Source: Alphaproteobacteria bacterium (GTDB lineage: Bacteria; Pseudomonadota; Alphaproteobacteria; Paracaedibacterales; CAIOTO01). From it: a DNA stretch of 64,000 bases. A model generated the notes under the pieces. That model did not search any database, was not told the origin of the DNA, and saw only the letters and a list, made by a program, of their open reading frames with translations. Positions within the stretch are counted from its first letter, which is position 1; every line of letters starts with the position of its first letter. This document shows, piece by piece, positions 47,878 to 59,865 of the stretch. Both the position numbers and the translations under genes were made by a program. Where the stretch lies: assembly GCA_947490395.1 (NCBI GenBank), contig CANLGW010000001.1, positions 3,541 to 67,540 of the forward strand, in the 5' to 3' direction.

Positions 47878-48247
47878 CTTGCCTATTCAATAAAAATAAT
47901 TGTTAATATACACCGTGCTTTCACACAACCGAAAGATAATACTCCACCTAAACAATGGGTTCATATACAAAAATTATAGTAGCATTTCAAACTTAATTTT
48001 GCACCATGTATCATCATATTTTTTAATATTTTATTCGTTTTTCTATCTTTTTATACCTGTCGTGAATTAAAATGTTGATTTCTAAGACAGAAATTTTAAT
48101 CAAAAAACAAACCTTTAAAACGGCAGATTGTACACCTAATCTAACACTTTTAAAGGAAGATATTAGATGGACAAAATTACATCTTAGAGATCAATAAAGT
48201 AGTTTATGATGGATATATGCCTAAAGATAGGAACATTACGTCCTTTA

Positions 48248-49870
<1,623 letters not shown>

Positions 49871-50749
49871 CTATGCCGCTTCTGCGCCTGAAATAATTTC
49901 AATAAGTTCATTCGTAATTTGTGCTTGCCGCCCCTGATTATACCTCAACTGAAGCTTTTGGATCATATCACGTGCATTTCGGGACGCATTGTCCATCGCC
50001 GCCATGCGTGCAGCATGCTCACACGCACTGTTTTCAGCAAACAAACGATTTAACTGAATCATAAAATTATGCACGAGCATTTGGGGAATCAATTTTTCTG
50101 GTCTTGGCTCAAAAAGGGTATAGGGCATTTCATTATGTGTATCAGTTGTCTCATCAGATAAAAGAGGCACAAGTCGTGACATCCTAATTGGCTGACTAAT
50201 CAGACTCTTTAAATGCCCCGTCACCACACATACCCGTCCCATTACACCCGCATCAAGCCACCCCATAATCTCAGTCGCAATTTCCTCTACGTGCCCTAAA
50301 GTCGGTATTGATTTTTCAAAAACAGTCGGCACAGAAAATGATATAGAAGAGTCCACAAATTCACGTTTCAGCACATCATGAATCTTTCGCCCAATCCCAG
50401 CAACCAAAACTGATCCACCTTCACGCATTACCGTTGTTGCCACCTCTTTTACTTCACGAATGATATTTGTATTGTACGCCCCACACAGCCCACGATCGGT
50501 GCCAATCGCAAGAATTAACATCTTACTTTCAGTATTTCTATACAAAGGTGACGCGACGTCATCATCGTGCGGCATCAGTAACACACGCTGCAAAAGCGTT
50601 TGGAAGGAATCCGCATAAGGGCGACCTGATTCCGCACGTTCTTGAGCGCGTTTTAATTTAGCCGTTGCCACCATTTTCATGGCTGCTGTAATTTTTTGTG
50701 TGGATTTAACGACCTTAATACGTGTACGAAGCTCTTTTAATGTGCTCAT
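49871..50749 (-). CDS. atpG: F1 ATP synthase gamma subunit
   Basis: 292 aa. N-terminus [32 protein letters not shown] and C-terminus [14 protein letters not shown]. Confidence 0.9.
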   Translation of the reverse strand: MSTLKELRTRIKVVKSTQKITAAMKMVATAKLKRAQERAESGRPYADSFQTLLQRVLLMPHDDDVASPLYRNTESKMLILAIGTDRGLCGAYNTNIIREVKEVATTVMREGGSVLVAGIGRKIHDVLKREFVDSSISFSVPTVFEKSIPTLGHVEEIATEIMGWLDAGVMGRVCVVTGHLKSLISQPIRMSRLVPLLSDETTDTHNEMPYTLFEPRPEKLIPQMLVHNFMIQLNRLFAENSACEHAARMAAMDNASRNARDMIQKLQLRYNQGRQAQITNELIEIISGAEAA

Positions 50750-52311
50750 ACAACGACGCCATGTTCAGTCAAAAAGCGTTGAACAAAATCCGCTAAAAAG
50801 TTTGATAAAATTTCTGAATTATCAGCAGATAATTGTGTTGTACGCTCAAGTTCTTCAATAACTGCTGCATGAACATGCCCAACTGTTTTAAGAAAATCTG
50901 TCTCAAATTGTGCAATTAAGTCAACAGGAATACGATCTAAAAAGCCGCGAACCCCTGCAAAAACAGACAAAACTTCATCCGTGATTGACATTGGTGATTG
51001 ATTAGGCTGTTTTAATAATTCTGTTAATCGTTTGCCACGCTCAAGCAATTGACGCGTTGCAGGATCTAAATCACTCGCAAATTGCGAAAACGCCGCCATT
51101 TCACGGTACTGCGCTAATTCCAATTTAATAGGACCCGCAATTTGCTTCATCGCCTTTGTTTGCGCAGCGGAACCCACACGACTCACAGACAAGCCCACAT
51201 TGATGGCAGGACGAATACCCTTATAAAACAATTCCGATTCAAGGAAAATCTGGCCATCGGTAATAGAAATAACATTCGTTGGAATGTAAGCTGACACATC
51301 CCCTGCCTGCGTTTCAATAATAGGTAACGCTGTCAGAGACCCGCCACCACAATCATCACTCAATTTAGCTGCACGTTCGAGCAATCGTGAATGCAAATAA
51401 AACACATCACCAGGATACGCTTCACGCCCAGGTGGACGACGAAGCAATAATGACATTTGGCGATACGCAACCGCATGTTTTGATAAATCATCATAAATAA
51501 TAAGGGCATGCATACCATTATCGCGGAAATATTCTCCCATTGCACAGGCTGTGTAAGGCGCCAAATACTGCAATGGCGCTGGATCAGATGCCGTTGCTGC
51601 AACAACAATTGTATAATCCATTGCGCCTTCATCCTGCAACATTTTTACAATACGCGCAACCGATGATCGTTTTTGTCCAATCGCCACATAAACGCAATAC
51701 AGCATTTTTGATGGATCGCCCGATTCATTAATTTTTTTCTGATTTAAAATAGTATCAATGGCAATCGTTGTTTTACCCGTTTGACGGTCACCAATAATAA
51801 GTTCACGCTGACCGCGCCCAATGGGCACTAATGTATCAATGGCTTTAATTCCTGTAAACATCGGCTCATGCACGGATTTACGCTGAATAATACCAGGTGC
51901 ACCCCGCTCAACTTCTGCCTTTATTACATTTAAAAGTGGGCCTTTGCCATCAATCGGATCACCAAGCCCATCAACTACGCGCCCGAGAAGCCCCATACCA
52001 ACGTTTACGTCCACTACATTATGCGTACGCTTAACAAGATCACCTTCTTGAATATCACGGTCATTGCCCGCAATAACCACACCCACACAATCAATTTCAA
52101 GGTTAGATGCAATTCCGCGAACAACAGCACCTGTTTTCGTTGATACGATATCAACCCATTCACCTGATTTCACATGATCCAACCCATAAACGCGCGCAAT
52201 ACCATCACCAACTGAAAGCACACGGCCTGTTTCTGAAACTTCAGCATACGCAGTGAAATCACGAATTTTCTCTTTAATCAGTGCGGAAATTTCTGACGCG
52301 CGTGCTTGCAT
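50746..52311 (-). CDS. atpA: F1 ATP synthase alpha subunit
   Basis: 521 aa with GDRQTGKT and typical alpha-subunit motifs. Confidence 0.95.
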   Translation of the reverse strand: MQARASEISALIKEKIRDFTAYAEVSETGRVLSVGDGIARVYGLDHVKSGEWVDIVSTKTGAVVRGIASNLEIDCVGVVIAGNDRDIQEGDLVKRTHNVVDVNVGMGLLGRVVDGLGDPIDGKGPLLNVIKAEVERGAPGIIQRKSVHEPMFTGIKAIDTLVPIGRGQRELIIGDRQTGKTTIAIDTILNQKKINESGDPSKMLYCVYVAIGQKRSSVARIVKMLQDEGAMDYTIVVAATASDPAPLQYLAPYTACAMGEYFRDNGMHALIIYDDLSKHAVAYRQMSLLLRRPPGREAYPGDVFYLHSRLLERAAKLSDDCGGGSLTALPIIETQAGDVSAYIPTNVISITDGQIFLESELFYKGIRPAINVGLSVSRVGSAAQTKAMKQIAGPIKLELAQYREMAAFSQFASDLDPATRQLLERGKRLTELLKQPNQSPMSITDEVLSVFAGVRGFLDRIPVDLIAQFETDFLKTVGHVHAAVIEELERTTQLSADNSEILSNFLADFVQRFLTEHGVVV

Positions 52312-52898
52312 TAAGCGGCTCCTTTAAGCGGGGTTTCGTAAAGATTTTTTTGTAATAAATCAAGTTGCATTTTAAGACTTGCATCCACACGGACATTATC
52401 AGCCTCAACAATCAAACCACCAAGCAAACTTGGAATTGATTCATATTCGTAATTAATTTCTTTACCAAAAATTGAAACAACTTGTGATTGAATACGAGCT
52501 TTTTGTGATAGTGTTGGCATAAATGGCATAGAAATATGAACAGAAAGCCTGCCTTCAGCATGGTCACAACACATTGCAAATATATCAATAATCGCTCGAA
52601 GCAACGACAAACGCTGTGCTTTATGTAAAATTTGATAAAAATGCGTCAAATAAGCTGGCCAACCAAGCTTAACCGCCAAATCTGTTACAAAAGCCGTAAA
52701 ATCAGTTTCACTAAAAAAGGGCAATGACTTACGAACATACGCATCACTCATCAAGGCCGCATCAAATTCTTTTAATTTTTCCAAAATAAGCCGAGTCTGT
52801 TTCTGCTCAAGCGCCACTTCGAAAAGTGCCCGTGCATAACGACCTGGTAATGAAGTTTGTAGCCCCTTTAAAAGCGCCGCGTCCATGTTTTGCCCCAT
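52311..52898 (-). CDS. atpH: F1 ATP synthase delta (OSCP) subunit
   Basis: 195 aa. [11 protein letters not shown] is the OSCP N-terminal motif. It is the first gene of atpHAGD. The start may be the Met at 52886. Confidence 0.8.
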   Translation of the reverse strand: MGQNMDAALLKGLQTSLPGRYARALFEVALEQKQTRLILEKLKEFDAALMSDAYVRKSLPFFSETDFTAFVTDLAVKLGWPAYLTHFYQILHKAQRLSLLRAIIDIFAMCCDHAEGRLSVHISMPFMPTLSQKARIQSQVVSIFGKEINYEYESIPSLLGGLIVEADNVRVDASLKMQLDLLQKNLYETPLKGAA

Positions 52899-53042
52899 AC
52901 AGCAATAATTGTAATGTATACGTCCATTAGTAACACATCAGCCTATTCCAAAACAAGGAAAGCTTAACAAAAAGTAAAGATTTAGACTGATCTTTTTCTT
53001 GAAAACTCCAATTTTGGATTAAGTTTTATATATTTTAGTCCT

Positions 53043-53160
53043 CCGTCACGAGTTTGCATAGCAAACGTGGTGATCCAGGGGCTGTTAATAGGGAAATACC
53101 TATTTTTCTAGATAGTCACGCCCTTCAGGCTCGCTATGACGACACGTGCTGTCATAGCGG
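53043..53160. repeat. Family-B GC-rich nested palindromic element, inverted copy (B3)
   Basis: Its reverse complement is collinear with B2 (cgtcatagcgagcc...ctagaaaaataggtatttc...ctggatcacc...ctcgtgacgg). It has an inner hairpin gtttgc-ata-gcaaac (plus strand as written; loop tat in the reverse-complement orientation used for the B2 alignment) and an extra terminal hairpin cgctatgac-N10-gtcatagcg at 53132-53159. Confidence 0.8.
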
Positions 53161-53219
53161 TTTAATAGGTGAGTATTCTTTATCGTTTTAATCACAAAGT
53201 GGAGGTTGAAAGGCTGTTT

Positions 53220-54380
53220 TTACGCAGCCTCCCCCTCATGCATAAGTATGGGTATAACCCTTGCAAGACGTTCTTTCTGCTGGTTGTAATAAGCAAGGCC
53301 ATCTACTGATTCAAAGTAAATTTGATCAAAACATACACCCTGTTGCTGAAGCCTATTAACGCACTCCTCTATGTCTTCCGCAAGAGCCTGGCATACCTCG
53401 TTCATCGATTGAGCACATTCAGCTTTATTAACAATTGAATTACGATCGCGCGAATAACGCTGAATCAATGGCTTAATTAATGCCTTTGTATTAAGGGCAT
53501 CAATCGATTGAACAAAATCAGTCACAGCCGCTTGAACGTCTTCATTCTGACTATCTGTTACAATTTGTGTTGAAATTTTATTTAAATTATCTCTAATCTT
53601 GCAAATTTCAGTATTAAAGTTTTGAAAACGCTGATGAGCATTCATATCAGTATATGTTAGCCATGGTATAGAAGCGACCGCTTTTTGTCGACTTTTCTCT
53701 TGTCTTTTTTGTGCCCTTTTATCACGTTGCTCTCTGTCATAGTCAGGTACTTTTACAGGATTCTCTTTTCCATCATATGTAAATTGCCTAACAAGAAGAG
53801 AACTCACATTAAACTGAACCTTCTTCACTTTTTGCGGTAAAGGTGTGTCCGAAGATGAGATGCTTACATCATCAGAGCCTGATTCTGTCGCTGCCTCATC
53901 TGAGGCTATAGCAGCTTGGTAAGCAACTTCTTGTTCAGCAGCTCTTCTCTTAATTGATGCTGTTCTATCAATATAAACACCTGCTTCAGTGCTAATTACA
54001 TCCACCGAAAGGGAGGATCCCTTACCATCAGAACTGACAGAATCATCACAAACTGGTGATTGTACAGGACGTTTATAGACTGTTTCTGAACGATAAAACG
54101 GACTAATCGTTACCGAACGAGAAAGCGCTGACTCACCAGCAACAAGCGCCACCACACCCACTTCATCCTGTTCGTCAGTTTCCGCAGTTGGCTTTAGTCG
54201 TTTATTAACCACTTCAGTCCTCTCCTTAGATCGTGTCTTCATGTGCGAAACAGATCTTTTCTTATGACCAGCACCATATTCTTCATCAGATAATAAATCA
54301 CTTGCTTTCACAATAGAGCTCAACACACACATATGAAAAATAATACACCATAAGCAATACTTAAATAAATTTAAGGTCAT
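53220..54380 (-). CDS. Hypothetical Sec-signal protein (ORFan to me): acidic/Ser-rich N-half, basic cluster, helical Cys-containing C-domain
   Basis: 386-aa uninterrupted ORF. The signal-like N-terminus is MTLNLFKYCLWCIIFHMCVLSSIVKA, and the basic run is REQRDKRAQKRQEKSRQK. I recognise no family. Confidence 0.55.
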   Translation of the reverse strand: MTLNLFKYCLWCIIFHMCVLSSIVKASDLLSDEEYGAGHKKRSVSHMKTRSKERTEVVNKRLKPTAETDEQDEVGVVALVAGESALSRSVTISPFYRSETVYKRPVQSPVCDDSVSSDGKGSSLSVDVISTEAGVYIDRTASIKRRAAEQEVAYQAAIASDEAATESGSDDVSISSSDTPLPQKVKKVQFNVSSLLVRQFTYDGKENPVKVPDYDREQRDKRAQKRQEKSRQKAVASIPWLTYTDMNAHQRFQNFNTEICKIRDNLNKISTQIVTDSQNEDVQAAVTDFVQSIDALNTKALIKPLIQRYSRDRNSIVNKAECAQSMNEVCQALAEDIEECVNRLQQQGVCFDQIYFESVDGLAYYNQQKERLARVIPILMHEGEAA

Positions 54381-54485
54381 TTTAATCTCATTTTATGAAA
54401 ATCTATTAACTAATTCAGATGCGTAACACACAAAATTACTAGTGTCAACATTCACATATACCATCTATAAATGAAAACATTTACC

Positions 54486-56087
54486 TTATGTCACTCGTCT
54501 GAATAATCCTTCATCTTTTCCTTCACGAAGCAATGTCCATAATGAACACACATCAATATTACGACCCGTTGTCGACCCAAATTCAATACGCCCGATATCC
54601 GAATTACAGAATGACTCCGATAATAAATAAGCAGAGAATGAAAACTGATTCCCATTATAATGCTGCAGTGGGATTTTTTTGTCTCTGTACATTAAATGAA
54701 GCTTATTTGATTCGATCACGAGTGAAAGTTCACCATAAACATCACTCTTAAAACGGCCTACATAATTTTCCAACTTACGGGCAGGTTTTGGATTTTGCAA
54801 ACGCTCCTCCTCATAAAATTGTTTATTCATTCGCTTCATTTTATCAAATTCATTTTTAATACGCGTATTCCAATCAATAGGCGAAAGATTTAAATACAGA
54901 TCCATAAATTTGTTTATCAAAATTTCGGGCAGAAAACTCACCTTAAATGAACCATAGTTTGAAAAAATAGCAATGCCTAATTTTTTTTCTGGCACAACCA
55001 TCATAAGGCTTCGCGTACCATAGAAAGCACCCATATGCCCCCGTGCCTTCACCTTTTTATCACCCTCCCCATAGGTGTAAAGAAAATGCCCCATTCCATA
55101 CGAAATATCTGTATAACGATCACCAGGAAATTGATTGTCATCAGGCTTCATATCACACACAATATGAGGGGTTATTATTTCTTTAACCTGTTCAGGTGCA
55201 ATCAATGGCGCACCATTAATCGCACATTGATTAACAAGGAATCGCAACCATTTTGCATAATCTGAAATGGATATGCTCGCACCTGATGTGCCTGGAAATA
55301 AATAGATCAACGACGAAAACGGTAGTTTATGCGTAACACCACCACGGTCATTATGTGCATACGCCACATTCAAATCTTTCGATGACCCTAAAAAGCGCTC
55401 AATAAAAGATTGCTTCGGTGAAATAGCTTCCAAAGATACGCCACCTGATGTGATGCCAATAGGGATGAATAAATACTCCCTAAAAAGAACCTCTATCGTT
55501 TTACCCGTTATTTTCTCGGCAATAAGACTCGCTATACCCACTAAATGGTTTTGATAGCCATATTTTGAACGCAACATATTTTTTAATGGTAATCTCGATA
55601 ATCCACTCACCATTTCATCCTGACTAAAACCAATATACCAAAAAGTATCACCTGAAAAAGAAGGCAGACCGCTGCGATGCGAGAGCAAATCACGAATCGT
55701 GAATTGTTTTGTTGTTTCATCGTTATCAATAAAAAATTGAGGCATGTATTTTATAACTGGATCATCCCAACTTACTTTTCCATCCTGCACAAGCCGTGCA
55801 AACAAATGTGCTAAAAAATTCTTCGTAAGTGATGCAATTTGAAAAACTGTATTCGTATCAATTTTCCTATCCGTACCAACTTCGCGTTCACCAAAAGCTT
55901 TTACATACGTTTCATCGCCTTTAACAATAGCGATAGCGACACCTGGTGCACCCCAGGTTTGTTTTACTTTTTCAACGTATGCCTCAAACTCTGGTAAAAT
56001 TTCATGCAATCGATCCGCACATACCGAATGGGCACATAAAAATAAACCGATAAAAAATGCAAAAAATTGCTTCATAACAACAAACAT
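54486..56087 (-). CDS. Beta-lactamase-related serine hydrolase (class C / PBP4*-like) with an extra C-terminal domain
   Basis: 533 aa with a signal peptide. The SxxK motif is present as ASLTKNF, and a YGYQNH-type second motif region is present. The C-terminal ~120 aa form a beta-rich lipocalin-like domain. Confidence 0.8.
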   Translation of the reverse strand: MFVVMKQFFAFFIGLFLCAHSVCADRLHEILPEFEAYVEKVKQTWGAPGVAIAIVKGDETYVKAFGEREVGTDRKIDTNTVFQIASLTKNFLAHLFARLVQDGKVSWDDPVIKYMPQFFIDNDETTKQFTIRDLLSHRSGLPSFSGDTFWYIGFSQDEMVSGLSRLPLKNMLRSKYGYQNHLVGIASLIAEKITGKTIEVLFREYLFIPIGITSGGVSLEAISPKQSFIERFLGSSKDLNVAYAHNDRGGVTHKLPFSSLIYLFPGTSGASISISDYAKWLRFLVNQCAINGAPLIAPEQVKEIITPHIVCDMKPDDNQFPGDRYTDISYGMGHFLYTYGEGDKKVKARGHMGAFYGTRSLMMVVPEKKLGIAIFSNYGSFKVSFLPEILINKFMDLYLNLSPIDWNTRIKNEFDKMKRMNKQFYEEERLQNPKPARKLENYVGRFKSDVYGELSLVIESNKLHLMYRDKKIPLQHYNGNQFSFSAYLLSESFCNSDIGRIEFGSTTGRNIDVCSLWTLLREGKDEGLFRRVT

Positions 56088-56174
56088 CCAAATTTACAAA
56101 CTATTAACATATATAGCCTAGCATAAACTTATCAAGATGTGCATGAAAACACGAATTAATAAAAGGATTATAAA

Positions 56175-56564
56175 ATGAATGGCCTTAAAGCAACAATGAT
56201 TTTATGCTTAACACTATTAATAACACTTGCAACGTTTTTAATTTACAACAACCAACAAGAACGATTCATTATGATGCCCATTCAAAATGATCGTTCAGTT
56301 TATATCTTTGACCGCAAAACCCACACCCTTAACTATTGTCCACATGACGAAAATTGCAGGCATATTGAACTGGCGCCAGCCGAAGAGCCCAGTAGTGATA
56401 CCCATAAAGAAGAAGAACATAAAGACAAAAAAGAGACACCAACCAAAACACCAAGTGGCGCCCCAGTAAACGCACATCAAGCCGTTTCTTCTGTTCCCGA
56501 TCAGCCAATTATCCCCTTAAAAACGAATAAACCACCTGTCATTCCAACAACAGATATAAAATAA
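56175..56564 (+). CDS. Hypothetical membrane-anchored protein with a Pro/Lys/Glu-rich tail
   Basis: 129-aa ORF with one N-terminal TM helix (ATMILCLTLLITLATFLIY). I recognise no family. Confidence 0.45.
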   Translation: MNGLKATMILCLTLLITLATFLIYNNQQERFIMMPIQNDRSVYIFDRKTHTLNYCPHDENCRHIELAPAEEPSSDTHKEEEHKDKKETPTKTPSGAPVNAHQAVSSVPDQPIIPLKTNKPPVIPTTDIK

Positions 56565-56599
56565 ATCAGACGTTAAAAAAGGGGGAAGACACATTACGT

Positions 56600-56810
56600 G
56601 CTTTCCCCATGCTATCCTTCACCCTTACCATTTTTTCATCCCCCACCCCTTTTTGTCATCCTCGGACTTGCCCCAAGATCTTTCCTATTCCAAAGGCAAA
56701 TAATTGGACGTATCTTGCTCTATTCTAAGCTCAAACAAATGTGCCGCTTAAATTATAAAAATGCTCGGATCAAGTCCGAGCACAACAAAGTAATAGGTAG
56801 CCAAATCCTT
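56600..56810. repeat. Family-A MITE-like element, copy A2
   Basis: The 5' repeat cctcggacttg starts at 56660, with central caaaggcaaa. The 3' hairpin tgctcgga-tcaag-tccgagca lies at 56762-56782, and the module aataggtagccaaatcct at 56792-56809. Confidence 0.8.
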
Positions 56811-56844
56811 CCCTAAAAGGATAAATTATTAATAAATACTATGA

Positions 56845-57762
56845 CTATTTTGCCGCACCAAGCGCTGATGCCACAGGTGCTACTGGAGCAGCTACAACAG
56901 GAGCAGGCGTCGGCGCAACAGGTGCCACCGCAGGCACAACAGCTGCATCAACTTTTGCTACAGATGCAGGAGCCGCCGCTGCAGATGTTTTTGATGTTCT
57001 ATGCTTTGGGTCAACCTTATGATCTTCTAAGAACTTATGTGCATCTTTAATCAAACGTTTCGCACGTTTAATAATTTGTTTAAAGTGAACCTTATCTTTA
57101 TACAGCGTTGTCAATTTAATATACGAATCGGCTGTTTCAAGGATTTTCTTAAAGCATGTATCATTTTCTTCATATACTTTAATTTTTTCACTCAGCTGAA
57201 CAACTTCTTTAATTGGCGCACCCAAATCGGCTACCATCTTATTCATTGTTGCCTCATCCAGTTTTGCAGAATGCGCAGCATCATGTTTACCCTGAACTTT
57301 TTCAATCATTTTGTTCATAGTAGCATCGTCGAGCTTGTTTACTTTCAACGGTTGCTTAATTGAATCTATTGCGGATTTCAACTCTGCATTCGCATAATTT
57401 GTACTACGCCTAAAGTGGGTTGATGGATCTTTATACTCTTTGATCGCATCGTACCAATTTTGGGCACATTGTATTTTCATTTCTGCTTCTGCCCTAATCT
57501 CAACAGATACAGTTGCCTTTTTTACAATCTCACGTGTTTCAGCAATTTTATCACCGAGTTTTTTAAGAGCTCTCTCCTTTTTCTTAGCAAATTGCTCTGG
57601 CGTTCGCACACGAGGCTTATGTTCTTTAACAATTGCCTGCTCACTTACAACAGACATATCACTCTTAACCATAGCCGTAGCCTTATCCTTAGCATCACCT
57701 GCTGCAAAGGAAAACAAAGTTGTTGTTGCAAGCAAAGCACCCAACAGTGTTACTTTTTTCAT
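56845..57762 (-). CDS. Hypothetical secreted helical protein with an internal KLD[DE]ATMNKM duplication and an Ala/Pro/Val-rich C-terminal tail
   Basis: 305 aa. The signal peptide is MKKVTLLGALLATTTLFSFA, the duplicated decapeptide is encoded at 57235-57336, and the tail is AAAAPASVAKVDAAVVPAVAPVAPTPAPVVAAPVAPVA. Confidence 0.6.
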   Translation of the reverse strand: MKKVTLLGALLATTTLFSFAAGDAKDKATAMVKSDMSVVSEQAIVKEHKPRVRTPEQFAKKKERALKKLGDKIAETREIVKKATVSVEIRAEAEMKIQCAQNWYDAIKEYKDPSTHFRRSTNYANAELKSAIDSIKQPLKVNKLDDATMNKMIEKVQGKHDAAHSAKLDEATMNKMVADLGAPIKEVVQLSEKIKVYEENDTCFKKILETADSYIKLTTLYKDKVHFKQIIKRAKRLIKDAHKFLEDHKVDPKHRTSKTSAAAAPASVAKVDAAVVPAVAPVAPTPAPVVAAPVAPVASALGAAK

Positions 57763-57973
57763 ATTATACTCTCCCGAATTTAGTTAAGCGGGGTGTCTTT
57801 ATCGCAATAAAATAACACACCAATAAAACTATGGAAGCATATCATTTGAACAACATCAAGCATTTTTAAATAAATTTATCTGAAAAAGAAGCATTTAGTT
57901 CGTACACACGATAGCCTTGCACACCTGATCTAAATTCGGTACTCTTAACATAATGTAATAATAGGTACAAATC

Positions 57974-58264
57974 ATGATTATCATCGCACCCTTATTGTAT
58001 GTCTTTGATGCCATACTCGATCTTATTCGCTACTTCTTACTTGCCTATGTCATCTTAAGCTGGCTTGAAGCCTTTGATATTGTCAATCGCTATAACAAGG
58101 TCGTTTATGGGATACATAATTTTCTTTTTCGTATCCTAGAGCCAATCTTAGGACGAATACGAAATTTCTTGCCTGATCTTGGTGGCATTGATCTATCACC
58201 AATTGTCCTTATTTTTGTTATCATGTTCTTTCAGGTTTTTATCAGGCAATTTATCCCGCACTAA
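57974..58264 (+). CDS. yggT: YggT-family membrane protein
   Basis: 96 aa. LLAYVILSWL ... ILEPILGRIRNFLPDLGGIDLSPIV matches the YggT repeat. Confidence 0.75.
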   Translation: MIIIAPLLYVFDAILDLIRYFLLAYVILSWLEAFDIVNRYNKVVYGIHNFLFRILEPILGRIRNFLPDLGGIDLSPIVLIFVIMFFQVFIRQFIPH

Positions 58265-58290
58265 TAAATGGGTAACTGGTTCTTATGAAA

Positions 58291-58490
58291 AATAGGTAGC
58301 TAAATCCTAAAACACATTATCTTTACTCCCATTTATCATCCTTGAACTTGATCCGAGGATCTATAGTGTTTCAAAGGCAAACACTATATATATAATTAAC
58401 GGATTATATACAGCCTTACCAGTATAGATGTTCGGATCAAACCCGAGTATGAAAAGAAGAAGAAATGTTACCCACTTGGTCTACATAAAA
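58291..58490. repeat. Family-A MITE-like element, copy A3
   Basis: The module aataggtagctaaatcct lies at 58291-58308 and the 5' repeat ccttgaacttgatcc at 58340-58354, with central caaaggcaaa. The 3' hairpin atgttcgga-tcaaa-cccgagtat lies at 58428-58450, and the trailing module gttacccacttggtctacataaaa at 58467-58490. Confidence 0.8.
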
Positions 58491-58508
58491 TTCAGCTAAC
58501 TCAACCCT

Positions 58509-58952
58509 CTACCGACTACGTGATAGCTCCACACCAACAGCGACAGCATTGGCAATAGCATCTGGTTTTTCAACCCGCACCGTCACGTCACTAATTCGCG
58601 CGTCTTTAAAACATAAATCAATAATATCATCAGCCAAATTTTCAACAAAGGGGATATGTCCCTTTGCAACAATCTGCTCAATTCCTAACGCAAGTTGTTG
58701 ATAGCAAACGACTGTGTCAACGGTGGCGCCTATTCCAGGTGATGTCGCTCGATAAACACAACTTAAATTGACAATAATTTTCTGGACTTCTACTTTTTCA
58801 GCTGGAAAAATGCCAATACATGCATTTAATGTTAAGTTTGATATAAAAATACGCCATGTGTGAACCGATGCATTCGTAAGCACAATTGCCTGATCATCAT
58901 GGCACGCCTCATTTGAGAGAATAAAATGAGGTTCTCTACGACCGTGCAACAT
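58509..58952 (-). CDS. folB: Dihydroneopterin aldolase
   Basis: 147 aa. The FolB fold starts at IFISNLTLNACIGIFPAEKVEVQKIIVNL. The N-terminal ~30 aa may lie upstream of the true start. Confidence 0.75.
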   Translation of the reverse strand: MLHGRREPHFILSNEACHDDQAIVLTNASVHTWRIFISNLTLNACIGIFPAEKVEVQKIIVNLSCVYRATSPGIGATVDTVVCYQQLALGIEQIVAKGHIPFVENLADDIIDLCFKDARISDVTVRVEKPDAIANAVAVGVELSRSR

Positions 58953-59062
58953 GTTTAATTCCTTTTTAATTAAAATTATGTAAAGATTTTCTACTCTAAC
59001 ATTAAGGCTAACAAATTAATCCTCATTATAAAAGGCTAACAATACGCCTTATAAACCATTCA

Positions 59063-59860
59063 TTAAAACCGCCAACCCATATGTTGACCAGCATCCAATG
59101 CAAAGAGTTGTCCCGTAATACTTTTCGTCGTCAAAATAAAAGTAAGCGCTCTTCCTAGATCGTCCAATTCGATTGGATGGCCAAGGGGGAACTGTTTACT
59201 TTTTTCGTAAAGCTGATCTTCCGTCTGCCCAAGACTTGGCAAAACAGCACCAGGGGCAATCGCATTTACACGAATACGCGGCGCTAATTCACGCGCAAGA
59301 ACCTGTGTTAATCCCCAAAGCGCAAATTTACTCACCGAATACGTTAAAAAGTGGGGCGTTACATTTAACACACGTTGATCAATCATATTGATAATAGTAG
59401 CAGTCATTTCGGATGACTGGTGTTCATCAACAACACGTTCGTTAAACGCTTTTACAAAAGCCTTTGCCAAAAATAATGGCGCTTTTACATTAACTGTATT
59501 GTGGGAATCCCACAATTCCTCAGTTGTTGACTCAAGAGAATCCAGAAAAAAGGTTGAAGCATTGTTAATCAGAACGTCACATTGCCCAAAAACAGTATTA
59601 ACAGTGTTCATTAAATGATTGATTGCATCACAACTCCTTAAATCAGCCTGAAATACCTGTACGCGTTGTTTTGGATAACGTGCCGCTAAGTGAGTAACCA
59701 GCACTTCCGCCTCCACGATAGAGGTATGACAATGCACTGCTACATCATATCCCCGCTTCAAGCAATACTCTGCCAAAAAACGTCCAATACGTTTTGCAGC
59801 CCCCGTTATCAATACAACCGTCATCCGCACACTCTCTATAATCAATGGTGCATCAGGCAC
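59063..59860 (-). CDS. Short-chain dehydrogenase/reductase, pteridine-reductase-like (adjacent to folB)
   Basis: 265 aa. ITGAAKRIG is the Rossmann motif, and YSVSKFAL holds the catalytic YxxxK. The start may be the Met at 59824. Confidence 0.8.
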   Translation of the reverse strand: MPDAPLIIESVRMTVVLITGAAKRIGRFLAEYCLKRGYDVAVHCHTSIVEAEVLVTHLAARYPKQRVQVFQADLRSCDAINHLMNTVNTVFGQCDVLINNASTFFLDSLESTTEELWDSHNTVNVKAPLFLAKAFVKAFNERVVDEHQSSEMTATIINMIDQRVLNVTPHFLTYSVSKFALWGLTQVLARELAPRIRVNAIAPGAVLPSLGQTEDQLYEKSKQFPLGHPIELDDLGRALTFILTTKSITGQLFALDAGQHMGWRF

Positions 59861-59865
59861 ACTTG

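Noticed and set aside
57773-57940. A 10-bp inverted repeat (ccgaatttag ... ctaaattcgg) spanning the spacer between the divergent yggT and 305-aa-protein genes. Coordinates are approximate.
   Set aside because: It is a single short AT-rich pair with no similarity to families A or B, so it is plausibly chance.
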